Source of the DNA: Eledone cirrhosa
Lineage: Eukaryota
Direction of reading: 5' to 3'
DNA: 64,000 nt
NCBI GenBank assembly: GCA_964016885.1
Contig: OZ024744.1
Location: forward strand, 115,444,001 to 115,508,000
Positions 1 through 15,000 of this stretch are shown here, one piece after another. The translations under genes and the position numbers were made by a program. The notes beneath the pieces are model-generated. The model was not told the origin of the DNA, searched no databases, and saw only the letters and a program-made list of their open reading frames with translations. Every line of letters starts with the position of its first letter. The first letter of the stretch is position 1.

Positions 1-3000
1 AACTACCCATGTCTCACTACCATGTAACACTACATCGGATGACCATGTAACATGCTAGCTTCATTTCTCTCCAGTCTCTATATAACCTCTACATTAACTA
101 CCCATGTCTCAACACCATGTAACACTACATCAGATGTCCATTGAAACATGCTAGCTTCATGTCTCTCCAGTCTCTATATAACCTCTACATTAACTACCCA
201 TGTCTCATTACCATGTAACACTACATCAGATGTCCATTGAAACATGCTAGCTTCATTTCTCTCCAGTCTCTATATAACCTATACATTAACTACCCATGTC
301 TCACTACCATGTAACATTACATCAGATGTCCATTGAAACATGCTAGCTTCATGTCTCTCCAGTCTCTATATAACCTCTACATTAACTACCATGTCTCACT
401 ACCCTGTAACACTACATCAGATGTCCATTGAAACATGCTAGCTTCATTTCTCTCCAGTCTCTATATAACCTCTACATTAACTACTCATGTCTCACTACCA
501 TGTAACACTACATCAGATGTCCATTGAAACATGTTAGCTTCATTTCTATCTTGTCTCTATATAACCTCTACATTAACTACCCATATCTCACTACCATGTA
601 ACATTACAACAGATGTCCATCGTAACATGTTAGCTTCATATCTCTCCAGTCTCTGTATAACCTCTACATTAACTACCCATGTCTCACTACCATGTAACAT
701 TACATTACATGGCCATTGAAACATGCTAGCTTCATGTCTCTTCAGCCTCTATATAACCTCTACATTAACTACCCATGTCTCACTACCATGTAACATTATA
801 TCAGATGTCCATTGAAACATGCTACCTTCATTTCTCTCCAGTCTCTATATAACCTCTACATTAACTACCCAAGTCTCACTACCATGTAACATTACATCAG
901 ATGTCCATTGAAACATGTTAGCTTCATGTCTCTCAAGTCTCTATATAACCTCTACATTAACTACCCATGTCTCACTACCATGTAACACTACATCAGATGT
1001 CCATTGAAACATGCTAGCTTCATTTCTCTCCAGTCTCTATATAACCTCTACATTAACTACCCATGTCTCACTACCATGTAACATTACATCAGATGTCCAT
1101 TGAAACATGTTAGCTTCATTTCTCTCAAGTCTCTATATAACCTCTACATTAACTACCCATGTCTCACTATCATGTAACATTACATCAGATGTCCATTGAA
1201 ACATGCTAGCTTCATGTCTCTCCAGTCTCTATATAACCTCTACATTAACTACCCATGTCTCACTACCATGTAACATTACATTAAATGTCCATTGAAACAT
1301 GTTAGCTTCATTTCTCTCCAGTCTCTATATAACCTCTACATTAACTACCCATGTCTCACTACCCTGTAACACTACATCAGATGTCCATTGAAACATGCTA
1401 GCTTCATTTCTCTCCAGTCTCTATATAACCTCTATATTAACTACCCATGTCTCACTACCATGTAACACTACATCGGATGACCATGTAACATGCTAGCTTC
1501 ATTTCTCTCCAGTCTCTATATAACCTCTACATTAACTACCCATTTCTCAACACCATGTAATACTACATTACATGGCCATTGAAACATGCTAGCTTCATGT
1601 CTCTCCAGTCTCTATATAACCTCTACATTAACTACCCATGTCTCATTACCATGTAACACTACATCAGATGTCCATTGAAACATGATAGCTTCATTTCTCT
1701 CCAGTCTCTATATAACCTATACATTAACTACCCATCTCTCACTACCATGTAACATTACATCAGATGTCCATTGAAACATACTAGCTTCATGTCTCTCCAG
1801 TCTCTATATAACCTCTACATTAACTACCATGTCTCACTATCATGTAACATTACATCAGATGTCCATTGAAACATGCTAGCTTCATGTCTCTCCAGTCTCT
1901 ATATAACCTCTACATTAACTACCCATGTCTCACTACCATGTAACATTACATCAGATGTCCATTGAAACATGCTAGCTTCTTGTCTCTCCAGTCTCTATAT
2001 AACCTCTACATTAACTACCCATGTCTCACTACCATGTAACATTACATCAGATGTCCATTGAAACATGTTAGCTTCATTTCTTCAAGTCTCTATATAACCT
2101 CTACATTAACTACCCATGTCTCACTATCATGTAACATTACATCAGATGTCCATTGAAACATGCTAGCTTCATTTCTCTCCAGTCTCTATATAACCACTAC
2201 ATTAACTACCCATGTCTCACTACCATGTAACACTACATCAGATGTCCATTGAAACATGCTAGCTTCATTTCTCTCCAGTCTCTATATAACCTCTATATTA
2301 ACTACCCATGTCTCACTACCATGAAACACTACATCGGATGACCATGTAACATGCTAGCTTCATTTCTCTCCAGTCTCTATATAACCTCTACATTAACTAC
2401 CCATGTCTCATTACCATGTAACACTACATCAGATGTCCATTGAAACATGCTAGCTTCATTTCTCTCCAGTCTCTATATAACCTATACATTAACTACCCAT
2501 GTCTCACTACCATGTAACATTACATCAGATGTCCATTGAAACATACTAGCTTCATGTCTCTCCAGTCTCTATATAACCTCTACATTAACTACCATGTCTC
2601 ACTACCCTGTAACACTACATCAGATGTCCATTGAAACATGCTAGCTTCATTTCTCTCCAGTCTCTATATAACCTCTATATTAACTACCCATGTCTCACTA
2701 CCATGTAACACTACATCGGATGACCATGTAACATGCTAGCTTCATTTCTCTCCAGTCTCTATATAACCTCTACATTAACTACCCATGTCTCAACACCATG
2801 TAACACTACATCAGATGTCCATTGAAACATGCTAGCTTCATGTCTCTCCAGTCTCTATATAACCTCTACATTAACTACCCATGTCTCATTACCATGTAAC
2901 ACTACATCAGATGTCCATTGAAACATGCTAGCTTCATTTCTCTCCAGTCTCTATATAACCTATACATTAACTACCCATGTCTCACTACCATGTAACATTA

Positions 3001-6000
3001 CATCAGATGTCCATTGAAACATGCTAGCTTCATGTCTCTCCAGTCTCTATATAACCTCTACATTAACTACCATGTCTCACTACCCTGTAACACTACATCA
3101 GATGTCCATTGAAACATGCTAGCTTCATTTCTCTCCAGTCTCTATATAACCTCTACATTAACTACTCATGTCTCACTACCATGTAACACTACATCAGATG
3201 TCCATTGAAACATGTTAGCTTCATTTCTATCTTGTCTCTATATAACCTCTACATTAACTACCCATATCTCACTACCATGTAACATTACAACAGATGTCCA
3301 TCGTAACATGTTAGCTTCATATCTCTCCAGTCTCTGTATAACCTCTACATTAACTACCCATGTCTCACTACCATGTAACATTACATTACATGGCCATTGA
3401 AACATGCTAGCTTCATGTCTCTTCAGCCTCTATATAACCTCTACATTAACTACGCATGTCTCACTACCATGTAACATTATATCAGATGTCCATTGAAACA
3501 TGCTACCTTCATTTCTCTCCAGTCTCTATATAACCTCTACATTAACTACCCAAGTCTCACTACCATGTAACATTACATCAGATGTCCATTGAAACATGTT
3601 AGCTTCATGTCTCTCAAGTCTCTATATAACCTCTACATTAACTACCCATGTCTCACTACCATGTAACACTACATCAGATGTCCATTGAAACATGCTAGCT
3701 TCATTTCTCTCCAGTCTCTATATAACCTCTACATTAACTACCCATGTCTCACTACCATGTAACATTACATCAGATGTCCATTGAAACATGTTAGCTTCAT
3801 TTCTCTCAAGTCTCTATATAACCTCTACATTAACTACCCATGTCTCACTATCATGTAACATTACATCAGATGTCCATTGAAACATGCTAGCTTCATGTCT
3901 CTCCAGTCTCTATATAACCTCTACATTAACTACCCATGTCTCACTACCATGTAACATTACATTAAATGTCCATTGAAACATGTTAGCTTCATTTCTCTCC
4001 AGTCTCTATATAACCTCTACATTAACTACCCATGTCTCACTACCATGTAACACTACATCAGATGTCCATTGAAACATGCTAGCTTCATTTCTCTCCAGTC
4101 TCTATATAACCTCTATATTAACTACCCATGTCTCACTACCATGTAACACTACATCGGATGACCATGTAACATGCTAGCTTCATTTCTCTCCAGTCTCTAT
4201 ATAACCTCTACATTAACTACCCATGTCTCAACACCATGTAATACTACATCAGATGTCCATTGAAACATGCTAGCTTCATGTCTCTCCAGTCTCTATATAA
4301 CCTCTACATTAACTACCCATGTCTCATTACCATGTAACACTACATCAGATGTCCATTGAAACATGCTAGCTTCATTTCTCTCAAGTCTCTATATAACCTA
4401 TACATTAACTACCCATCTCTCACTACCATGTAACATTACATCAGATGTCCATTGAAACATACTAGCTTCATGTCTCTCCAGTCTCTATATAACCTCTACA
4501 TTAACTACCATGTCTCACTATCATGTAACATTACATCAGATGTCCATTGAAACATGCTAGCTTCATGTCTCTCCAGTCTCTATATAACCTCTACATTAAC
4601 TACCCATGTCTCACTACCATGTAACATTACATCAGATGTCCATTGAAACATGCTAGCTTCTTGTCTCTCCAGTCTCTATATAACCTCTACATTAACTACC
4701 CATGTCTCACTACCATGTAACATTACATCAGATGTCCATTGAAACATGTTAGCTTCATTTCTTCAAGTCTCTATATAACCTCTACATTAACTACCCATGT
4801 CTCACTATCATGTAACATTACATCAGATGTCCATTGAAACATGCTAGCTTCATTTCTCTCCAGTCTCTATATAACCTCTACATTAACTACCCATGTCTCA
4901 CTACCATGTAACACTACATCAGATGTCCATTGAAACATACTAGCTTCATGTCTCTCCAGTCTCTATATAACCTCTACATTAACTACCATGTCTCACTACC
5001 CTGTAACTCTACATCAGATGTCCATTGAAACATGCTAGCTTCATTTCTCTCCAGTCTCTATATAACCTCTATATTAACTACCCATGTCTCACTACCATGT
5101 AACACTACATCGGATGACCATGTAACATGCTAGCTTCATTTCTCTCCAGTCTCTATATAACCTCTACATTAACTACCCATGTCTCAACACCATGTAACAC
5201 TACATCAGATGTCCATTGAAACATGCTAGCTTCATGTCTCTCCAGTCTCTATATAACCTCTACATTAACTACCCATGTCTCATTACCATGTAACACTACA
5301 TCAGATGTCCATTGAAACATGCTAGCTTCATTTCTCTCCAGTCTCTATATAACCTATACATTAACTACCCATGTCTCACTACCATGTAACATCACATCAG
5401 ATGTCCATTGAAACATACTAGCTTCATGTCTCTCCAGTCTCTATATAACCTCTACATTAACTACCATGTCTCACTACCCTGTAACACTACATCAGATGTC
5501 CATTGAAACATGCTAGCTTCATTTCTCTCCAGTCTCTATATAACCTCTACATTAACTACTCATGTCTCACTACCATGTAACACTACATCAGATGTCCATT
5601 GAAACATGTTAGCTTCATTTCTATCTTGTCTCTATATAACCTTTACATTAACTACCCATATCTCACTACCATGTAACATTACAACAGATGTCCATCGTAA
5701 CATGTTAGCTTCATATCTCTCCAGTCTCTGTATAACCTCTACATTAACTACCCATGTCTCACTACCATGTAACATTACATTACATGGCCATTGAAACATG
5801 CTAGCTTCATGTCTCTTCAGCCTCTATATAACCTCTACATTAACTACCCATGTCTCACTACCATGTAACACTACATCGGATGACCATGTAACATGCTAGC
5901 TTCATTTCTCTCCAGTCTCTATATAACCTCTACATTAACTACCCATTTCTCAACACCATGTAATACTACATCAGATGTCCATTGAAACATGCTAGCTTCA

Positions 6001-9000
6001 TGTCTCTCCAGCCTCTATATAACCTCTACATTAACTACCCATGTCTCATTACCATGTAACACTACATCAGATGTCCATTGAAACATGATAGCTTCATTTC
6101 TCTCCAGTCTCTATATAACCTATACATTAACTACCCATCTCTCACTACCATGTAACATTACATCAGATGTCCATTGAAACATACTAGCTTCATGTCTCTC
6201 CAGTCTCTATATAACCTCTACATTAACTACCATGTCTCACTATCATGTAACATTACATCAGATGTCCATTGAAACATGCTAGCTTCATGTCTCTCCAGTC
6301 TCTATATAACCTCTACATTAACTACCCATGTCTCACTACCATGTAACATTACATCAGATGTCCATTGAAACATGCTAGCTTCTTGTCTCTCCAGTCTCTA
6401 TATAACCTCTACATTAACTACCCATGTCTCACTACCATGTAACATTACATCAGATGTCCATTGAAACATGTTAGCTTCATTTCTTCAAGTCTCTATATAA
6501 CCTCTACATTAACTACCCATGTCTCACTATCATGTAACATTACATCAGATGTCCATTGAAACATGCTAGCTTCATTTCTCTCCAGTCTCTATATAACCTC
6601 TACATTAACTACCCATGTCTCACTACCATGTAACACTACATCAGATGTCCATTGAAACATGCTAGCTTCATTTCTCTCCAGTCTCTATATAACCTCTATA
6701 TTAACTACCCATGTCTCACTACCATGAAACACTACATCGGATGACCATGTAACATGCTAGCTTCATTTCTCTCCAGTCTCTATATAACCTCTACATTAAC
6801 TACCCATGTCTCATTACCATGTAACACTACATCAGATGTCCATTGAAACATGCTAGCTTCATTTCTCTCCAGTCTCTATATAACCTATACATTAATTACC
6901 CATGTCTCACTACCATGTAACATTACATCAGATGTCCATTGAAACATACTAGCTTCATGTCTCTCCAGTCTCTATATAACCTCTACATTAACTACCATGT
7001 CTCACTACCCTGTAACACTACATCAGATGTCCATTGAAACATGCTAGCTTCATTTCTCTCCAGTCTCTATATAACCTCTATATTAACTACCCATGTCTCA
7101 CTACCATGTAACACTACATCGGATGACCATGTAACATGCTAGCTTCATTTCTCTCCAGTCTCTATATAACCTCTACATTAACTACCCATGTCTCAACACC
7201 ATGTAACACTACATCAGATGTCCATTGAAACATGCTAGCTTCATGTCTCTCCAGTCTCTATATAACCTCTACATTAACTACCCATGTCTCATTACCATGT
7301 AACACTACATCAGATGTCCATTGAAACATGCTAGCTTCATTTCTCTCCAGTCTCTATATAACCTATACATTAACTACCCATGTCTCACTACCATGTAACA
7401 TTACATCAGATGTCCATTGAAACATACTAGCTTCATGTCTCTCCAGTCTCTATATAACCTCTACATTAACTACCCATGTCTCACTACCATGTAACATTAC
7501 ATCAGATGTCCATTGAAACATGCTAGCTTCATGTCTCTCCAGTCTCTATATAACCTCTACATTAACTACCATGTCTCACTACCCTGTAACACTACATCAG
7601 ATGTCCATTGAAACATGCTAGCTTCATTTCTCTCCAGTCTCTATATAACCTCTACATTAACTACTCATGTCTCACTACCATGTAACACTACATCAGATGT
7701 CCATTGAAACATGTTAGCTTCATTTCTATCTTGTCTCTATATAACCTCTACATTAACTACCCATATCTCACTACCATGTAACATTACAACAGATGTCCAT
7801 CGTAACATGTTAGCTTCATATCTCTCCAGTCTCTGTATAACCTCTACATTAACTACCCATGTCTCACTACCATGTAACATTACATTACATGGCCATTGAA
7901 ACATGCTAGCTTCATGTCTCTTCAGCCTCTATATAACCTCTACATTAACTACCCATGTCTCACTACCATGTAACATTATATCAGATGTCCATTGAAACAT
8001 GCTACCTTCATTTCTCTCCAGTCTCTATATAACCTCTACATTAACTACCCAAGTCTCACTACCATGTAACATTACATCAGATGTCCATTGAAACATGTTA
8101 GCTTCATGTCTCTCAAGTCTCTATATAACCTCTACATTAACTACCCATGTCTCACTACCATGTAACACTACATCAGATGTCCATTGAAACATGCTAGCTT
8201 CATTTCTCTCCAGTCTCTATATAACCTCTACATTAACTACCCATGTCTCACTACCATGTAACATTACATCAGATGTCCATTGAAACATGTTAGCTTCATT
8301 TCTCTCAAGTCTCTATATAACCTCTACATTAACTACCCATGTCTCACTATCATGTAACATTACATCAGATGTCCATTGAAACATGCTAGCTTCATGTCTC
8401 TCCAGTCTCTATATAACCTCTACATTAACTACCCATGTCTCACTACCATGTAACATTACATTAAATGTCCATTGAAACATGTTAGCTTCATTTCTCTCCA
8501 GTCTCTATATAACCTCTACATTAACTACCCATGTCTCACTACCATGTAACACTACATCAGATGTCCATTGAAACATGCTAGCTTCATTTCTCTCCAGTCT
8601 CTATATAACCTCTATATTAACTACCCATGTCTCACTACCATGTAACACTACATCGGATGACCATGTAACATGCTAGCTTCATTTCTCTCCAGTCTCTATA
8701 TAACCTCTACATTAACTACCCATGTCTCAACACCATGTAATACTACATCAGATGTCCATTGAAACATGCTAGCTTCATGTCTCTCCAGTCTCTATATAAC
8801 CTCTACATTAACTACCCATGTCTCATTACCATGTAACACTACTTCAGATGTCCATTGAAACATGCTAGCTTCATTTCCCTCAAGTCTCTATATAACCTAT
8901 ACATTAACTACCCATCTCTCACTACCATGTAACATTACATCAGATGTCCATTGAAACATACTAGCTTCATGTCTCTCCAGTCTCTATATAACCTCTACAT

Positions 9001-12000
9001 TAACTACCATGTCTCACTATCATGTAACATTACATCAGATGTCCATTGAAACATGCTAGCTTCATTTCTCTCCAGTCTCTATATAACCTCTACATTAACT
9101 ACCCATGTCTCACTACCATGTAACATTACATCAGATGTCCATTGAAACATGCTAGCTTCTTGTCTCTCCAGTCTCTATATAACCTCTACATTAACTACCC
9201 ATGTCTCACTACCATGTAACATTACATCAGATGTCCATTGAAACATGTTAGCTTCATTTCTTCAAGTCTCTATATAACCTCTACATTAACTACCCATGTC
9301 TCACTACCATGTAACATTACATCAGATGTCCATTGAAACATGCTAGCTTCATTTCTCTCCAGTCTCTATATAACCTCTACATTAACTACCCATGTCTCAC
9401 TACCATGTAACACTACAACAGATGTCCATTGAAACATACTAGCTTCATGTCTCTCCAGTCTCTATATAACCTCTACATTAACTACCATGTCTCACTACCC
9501 TGTAACACTACATCAGATGTCCATTGAAACATGCTAGCTTCATTTCTCTCCAGTCTCTATATAACCTCTATATTAACTACCCATGTCTCACTACCATGTA
9601 ACACTACATCGGATGACCATGTAACATGCTAGCTTCATTTCTCTCCAGTCTCTATATAACCTCTACATTAACTACCCATGTCTCAACACCATGTAACACT
9701 ACATCAGATGTCCATTGAAACATGCTAGCTTCATGTCTCTCCAGTCTCTATATAACCTCTACATTAACTACCCATGTCTCATTACCATGTAACACTACAT
9801 CAGATGTCCATTGAAACATGCTAGCTTCATTTCTCTCCAGTCTCTATATAACCTATACATTAACTACCCATGTCTCACTACCATGTAACATTACATCAGA
9901 TGTCCATTGAAACATACTAGCTTCATGTCTCTCCAGTCTCTATATAACCTCTACATTAACTACCCATGTCTCACTACCATGTAACATTACATCAGATGTC
10001 CATTGAAACATGCTAGCTTCATGTCTCTCCAGTCTCTATATAACCTCTACATTAACTACCATGTCTCACTACCCTGTAACACTACATCAGATGTCCATTG
10101 AAACATGCTAGCTTCATTTCTCTCCAGTCTCTATATAACCTCTACATTAACTACTCATGTCTCACTACCATGTAACACTACATCAGATGTCCATTGAAAC
10201 ATGTTAGCTTCATTTCTATCTTGTCTCTATATAACCTTTACATTAACTACCCATATCTCACTACCATGTAACATTACAACAGATGTCCATCGTAACATGT
10301 TAGCTTCATATCTCTCCAGTCTCTGTATAACCTCTACATTAACTACCCATGTCTCACTACCATGTAACATTACATTACATGGCCATTGAAACATGCTAGC
10401 TTCATGTCTCTTCAGCCTCTATATAACCTCTACATTAACTACCCATGTCTCACTACCATGTAACATTATATCAGATGTCCATTGAAACATGCTACCTTCA
10501 TTTCTCTCCAGTCTCTATATAACCTCTACATTAACTACCCAAGTCTCACTACCATGTAACATTACATCAGATGTCCATTGAAACATGTTAGCTTCATGTC
10601 TCTCAAGTCTCTATATAACCTCTACATTAACTACCCATGTCTCACTACCATGTAACACTACATCAGATGTCCATTGAAACACGCTAGCTTCATTTCTCTC
10701 CAGTCTCTATATAACCTCTACATTAACTACCCATGTCTCACTACCATGTAACATTACATCAGATGTCCATTGAAACATGTTAGCTTCATTTCTCTCAAGT
10801 CTCTATATAACCTCTACATTAACTACCCATGTCTCACTATCATGTAACATTACATCAGATGTCCATTGAAACATGCTAGCTTCATGTCTCTCCAGTCTCT
10901 ATATAACCTCTACATTAACTACCCATGTCTCACTACCATGTAATATTACATCACAGGGCCATTGAAACATGCTAGCTTCATGTCTCTCCAGTCTCTATAT
11001 AACCTCTACATTAACTACCCATGTCTCACTACCATGTAACATTACATCACAGGGCCATTGAAACATGCTAGCTTCATTTCTCTCCAATCTCTATATAACC
11101 TCTACATTAACTACCCATGTCTCACTACCATGTAACATTACATCACAGGGCCATTGAAACATGTTAGCTTCATTTCTCTCCAATCTCTCTATAACCTCTA
11201 CATTAACTACCCATGTCTCACTACCATGTAACATTAAGTTACAGATCAATTGAAACATGCTAGCTTCATTTCTCTCCAGTCTCTATATAACCTCTACATT
11301 AACTACCCATGTCTCTCTACCATGTAACATTACATCACATGTCCATTGAAACAGGCTAGCTTCATTTCTCTCCAGTCTCTATATAACCTCTACAGTAACT
11401 ACCCATGTCTCACTACCATGTAACATTACATCAGATGTCCATTGAAACATGTTTGCTTCATTTCTCTCAAGTCTCTATATAACCTCTACATTAACTACCC
11501 ATGTCTCACTATCATGTAACATTACATCAGATGTCCATTGGAACATGCTAGCTTCATGTCTCTCCAGTCTCTATATAACCTCTACATTAACTACCCATGT
11601 CTCACTACCATGTAACATTACATTAAATGTCCATTGAAACATGTTAGCTTCATTTCTCTCCAGTCTCTATATAACCTCTACATTAACTACCCATGTCTCA
11701 CTACCATGTAACACTACATCAGATGTCCATTGAAACATGCTAGCTTCATTTCTCTCCAGTCTCTATATAACCTCTATATTAACTACCCATGTCTCACTAC
11801 CATGTAACACTACTTCGGATGACCATGTAACATGCTAGCTTCATTTCTCTCCAGTCTCTATATAACCTCTACATTAACTACCCATGTCTCACTACCATGT
11901 AACATTACATCAGATGTCCATTGAAACATGCTAGCTTCACTTCTCTCCAGTCTCTATATAACCTATACATTAACTACCCATGTCTCACTACCTTGTAACA

Positions 12001-15000
12001 TTACATCAGATGTCCATTGAAACATACTAGCTTCATGTCTCTCCAGTCTCTATATAACCTCTACATTAACTACCATGTCTCACTACCCTGTAACACTACA
12101 TCAGATGTCCATTGAAACATGCTAGCTTCATTTCTCTCCAGTCTCTATATAACCTCTACATTAACTACCCATGTCTCAACACCATGTAATACTACATCAG
12201 ATGTCCATTGAAACATGCTAGCTTCATGTCTCTCCAGTCTCTATATAACCTCTACATTAACTACCCATGTCTCATTACCATGTAACACTACATCAGATGT
12301 CCATTGAAACATGCTAGCTTCATTTCTCTCCAGTCTCTATATAACCTATACATTAACTACCCATCTCTCACTACCATGTAACATTACATCAGATGTCCAT
12401 TGAAACATACTAGCTTCATGTCTCTCCAGTCTCTATATAACCTCTACATTAACTACCATGTCTCACTATCATGTAACATTACATCAGATGTCCATTGAAA
12501 CATGCTAGCTTCTTGTCTCTCCAGTCTCTATATAACCTCTACATTAACTACCCATGTCTCACTACCATGTAACATTACATCAGATGTCCATTGAAACATG
12601 TTAGCTCCATTTCTTCAAGTCTCTATATAACCTCTACATTAACTACCCATGTCTCACTATTATGTAACATTACATCAGATGTCCATTGAAACATGCTAGC
12701 TTCATTTCTCTCCAGTCTCTATATAACCTCTACATTAACTACCCATGTCTCACTACCATGTAACACTACATCAGATGTCCATTGAAACATGCTAGCTTCA
12801 TTTCTCTCCAGTCTCTATATAACCTCTATATTAACTACCCATGTCTCACTACCATGAAACACTACATCGGATGACCATGTAACATACTAGCTTCATTTCT
12901 CTCCAGTCTCTATATAACCTCTACATTAACTACCCATGTCTCACTACCATGTAACACTAAATCAGATGTCCATTGAAACATGCTAGCTTCATGTCTCTCC
13001 AGTCTCTATATAACCTCTACATTAACTACCCATGTCTCATTACCATGTAACACTACATCAGATGTCGATTGAAACATGCTAGCTTCATTTCTCTCCAGTC
13101 TCTATATAACCTATACATTAACTACCCATGTCTCACTACCATGTAACATTACATCAGATGTCCATTGAAACATACTAGCTTCATGTCTCTCCAGTCTCTA
13201 TATAACCTCTACATTAACTACCAGTGTCTCACCACCATGTAACATTACATCAGATGTCCATTGAAACATGCTAGCTTCATGTCTCTCCAGTCTCTATATA
13301 ACCTCTACATTAACTACCATGTCTCACTACCCTGTAACACTACATCAGATGTCCATTGAAACATGCTAGCTTCATTTCTCTCCAGTCTCTATATAACCTC
13401 TACATTAACTACTCATGTCTCACTACCATGTAACACTACATCAGATGTCCATTGAAACATGTTAGCTTCATTTCTATCTTGTCTCTATATAACCTCTACA
13501 TTAACTACCCATATCTCACTACCATGTAACATTACAACAGATGTCCATCGTAACATGTTAGCTTCATATCTCTCCAGTCTCTGTATAACCTCTACATTAA
13601 CTACCCATGTCTCACTACCATGTAACATTACATTACATGGCCATTGAAACATGCTAGCTTCATGTCTCTTCAGCCTCTATATAACCTCTACATTAACTAC
13701 CCATGTCTCACTACCATGTAACATTATATCAGATGTCCATTGAAACATGCTACCTTCATTTCTCTCCAGTCTCTATATAACCTCTACATTAACTACCCAA
13801 GTCTCACTACCATGTAACATTACATCAGAAGTCCATTGAAACATGTTAGCTTCATGTCTCTCAAGTCTCTATATAACCTCTACATTAACTACCCATGTCT
13901 CACTACCATGTAACACTACATCAGATGTCCATTGAAACATGCTAGCTTCATTTCTCTCCAGTCTCTATATAACCTCTACATTAACTACCCATGTCTCACT
14001 ACCATGTAACATTACATCAGATGTCCATTGAAACATGTTAGCTTCATTTCTCTCAAGTCTCTATATAACCTCTACATTAACTACCCATGTCTCACTATCA
14101 TGTAACATTACATCAGATGTCCATTGAAACATGCTAGCTTCATGTCTCTCCAGTCTCTATATAACCTCTACATTAACTACCCATGTCTCACTACCATGTA
14201 ACATTACATTAAATGTCCATTGAAACATGTTAGCTTCATTTCTCTCCAGTCTCTATATAACCTCTACATTAACTACCCATGTCTCACTACCATGTAACAC
14301 TACATCAGATGTCCATTGAAACATGCTAGCTTCATTTCCCTCCAGTCTCTATATAACCTCTATATTAACTACCCATGTCTCACTACCATGTAACACTACA
14401 TCGGATGACCATGTAACATGCCAGCTTCATTTCTCTCCAGTCTCTATATAACCTCTACATTAACTACCCATGTCTCAACACCATGAAATACTACATCAGA
14501 TGTCCATTGAAACATGCTAGCTTCATGTCTCTCCAGTCTCTATATAACCTCTACATTAACTACCCATGTCTCATTACCATGTAACACTACATCAGATGTC
14601 CATTGAAACATGCTAGCTTCATTTCTCTCAAGTCTCTATATAACCTATACATTAACTACCCATCTCTCACTACCATGTAACATTACATCAGATGTCCATT
14701 GAAACATACTAGCTTCATGTCTCTCCAGTCTCTATATAACCTCTACATTAACTACCATGTCTCACTATCATGTAACATTACATCAGATGTCCATTGAAAC
14801 ATGCTAGCTTCATGTCTCTCCAGTCTCTATATAACCTCTACATTAACTACCCATGTCTCACTACCATGTAACATTACATCAGATGTCCATTGAAACATGC
14901 TAGCTTCTTGTCTCTCCAGTCTCTATATAACCTCTACATTAACTACCCATGTCTCACTACCATGTAACATTACATCAGATGTCCATTGAAACATGTTAGC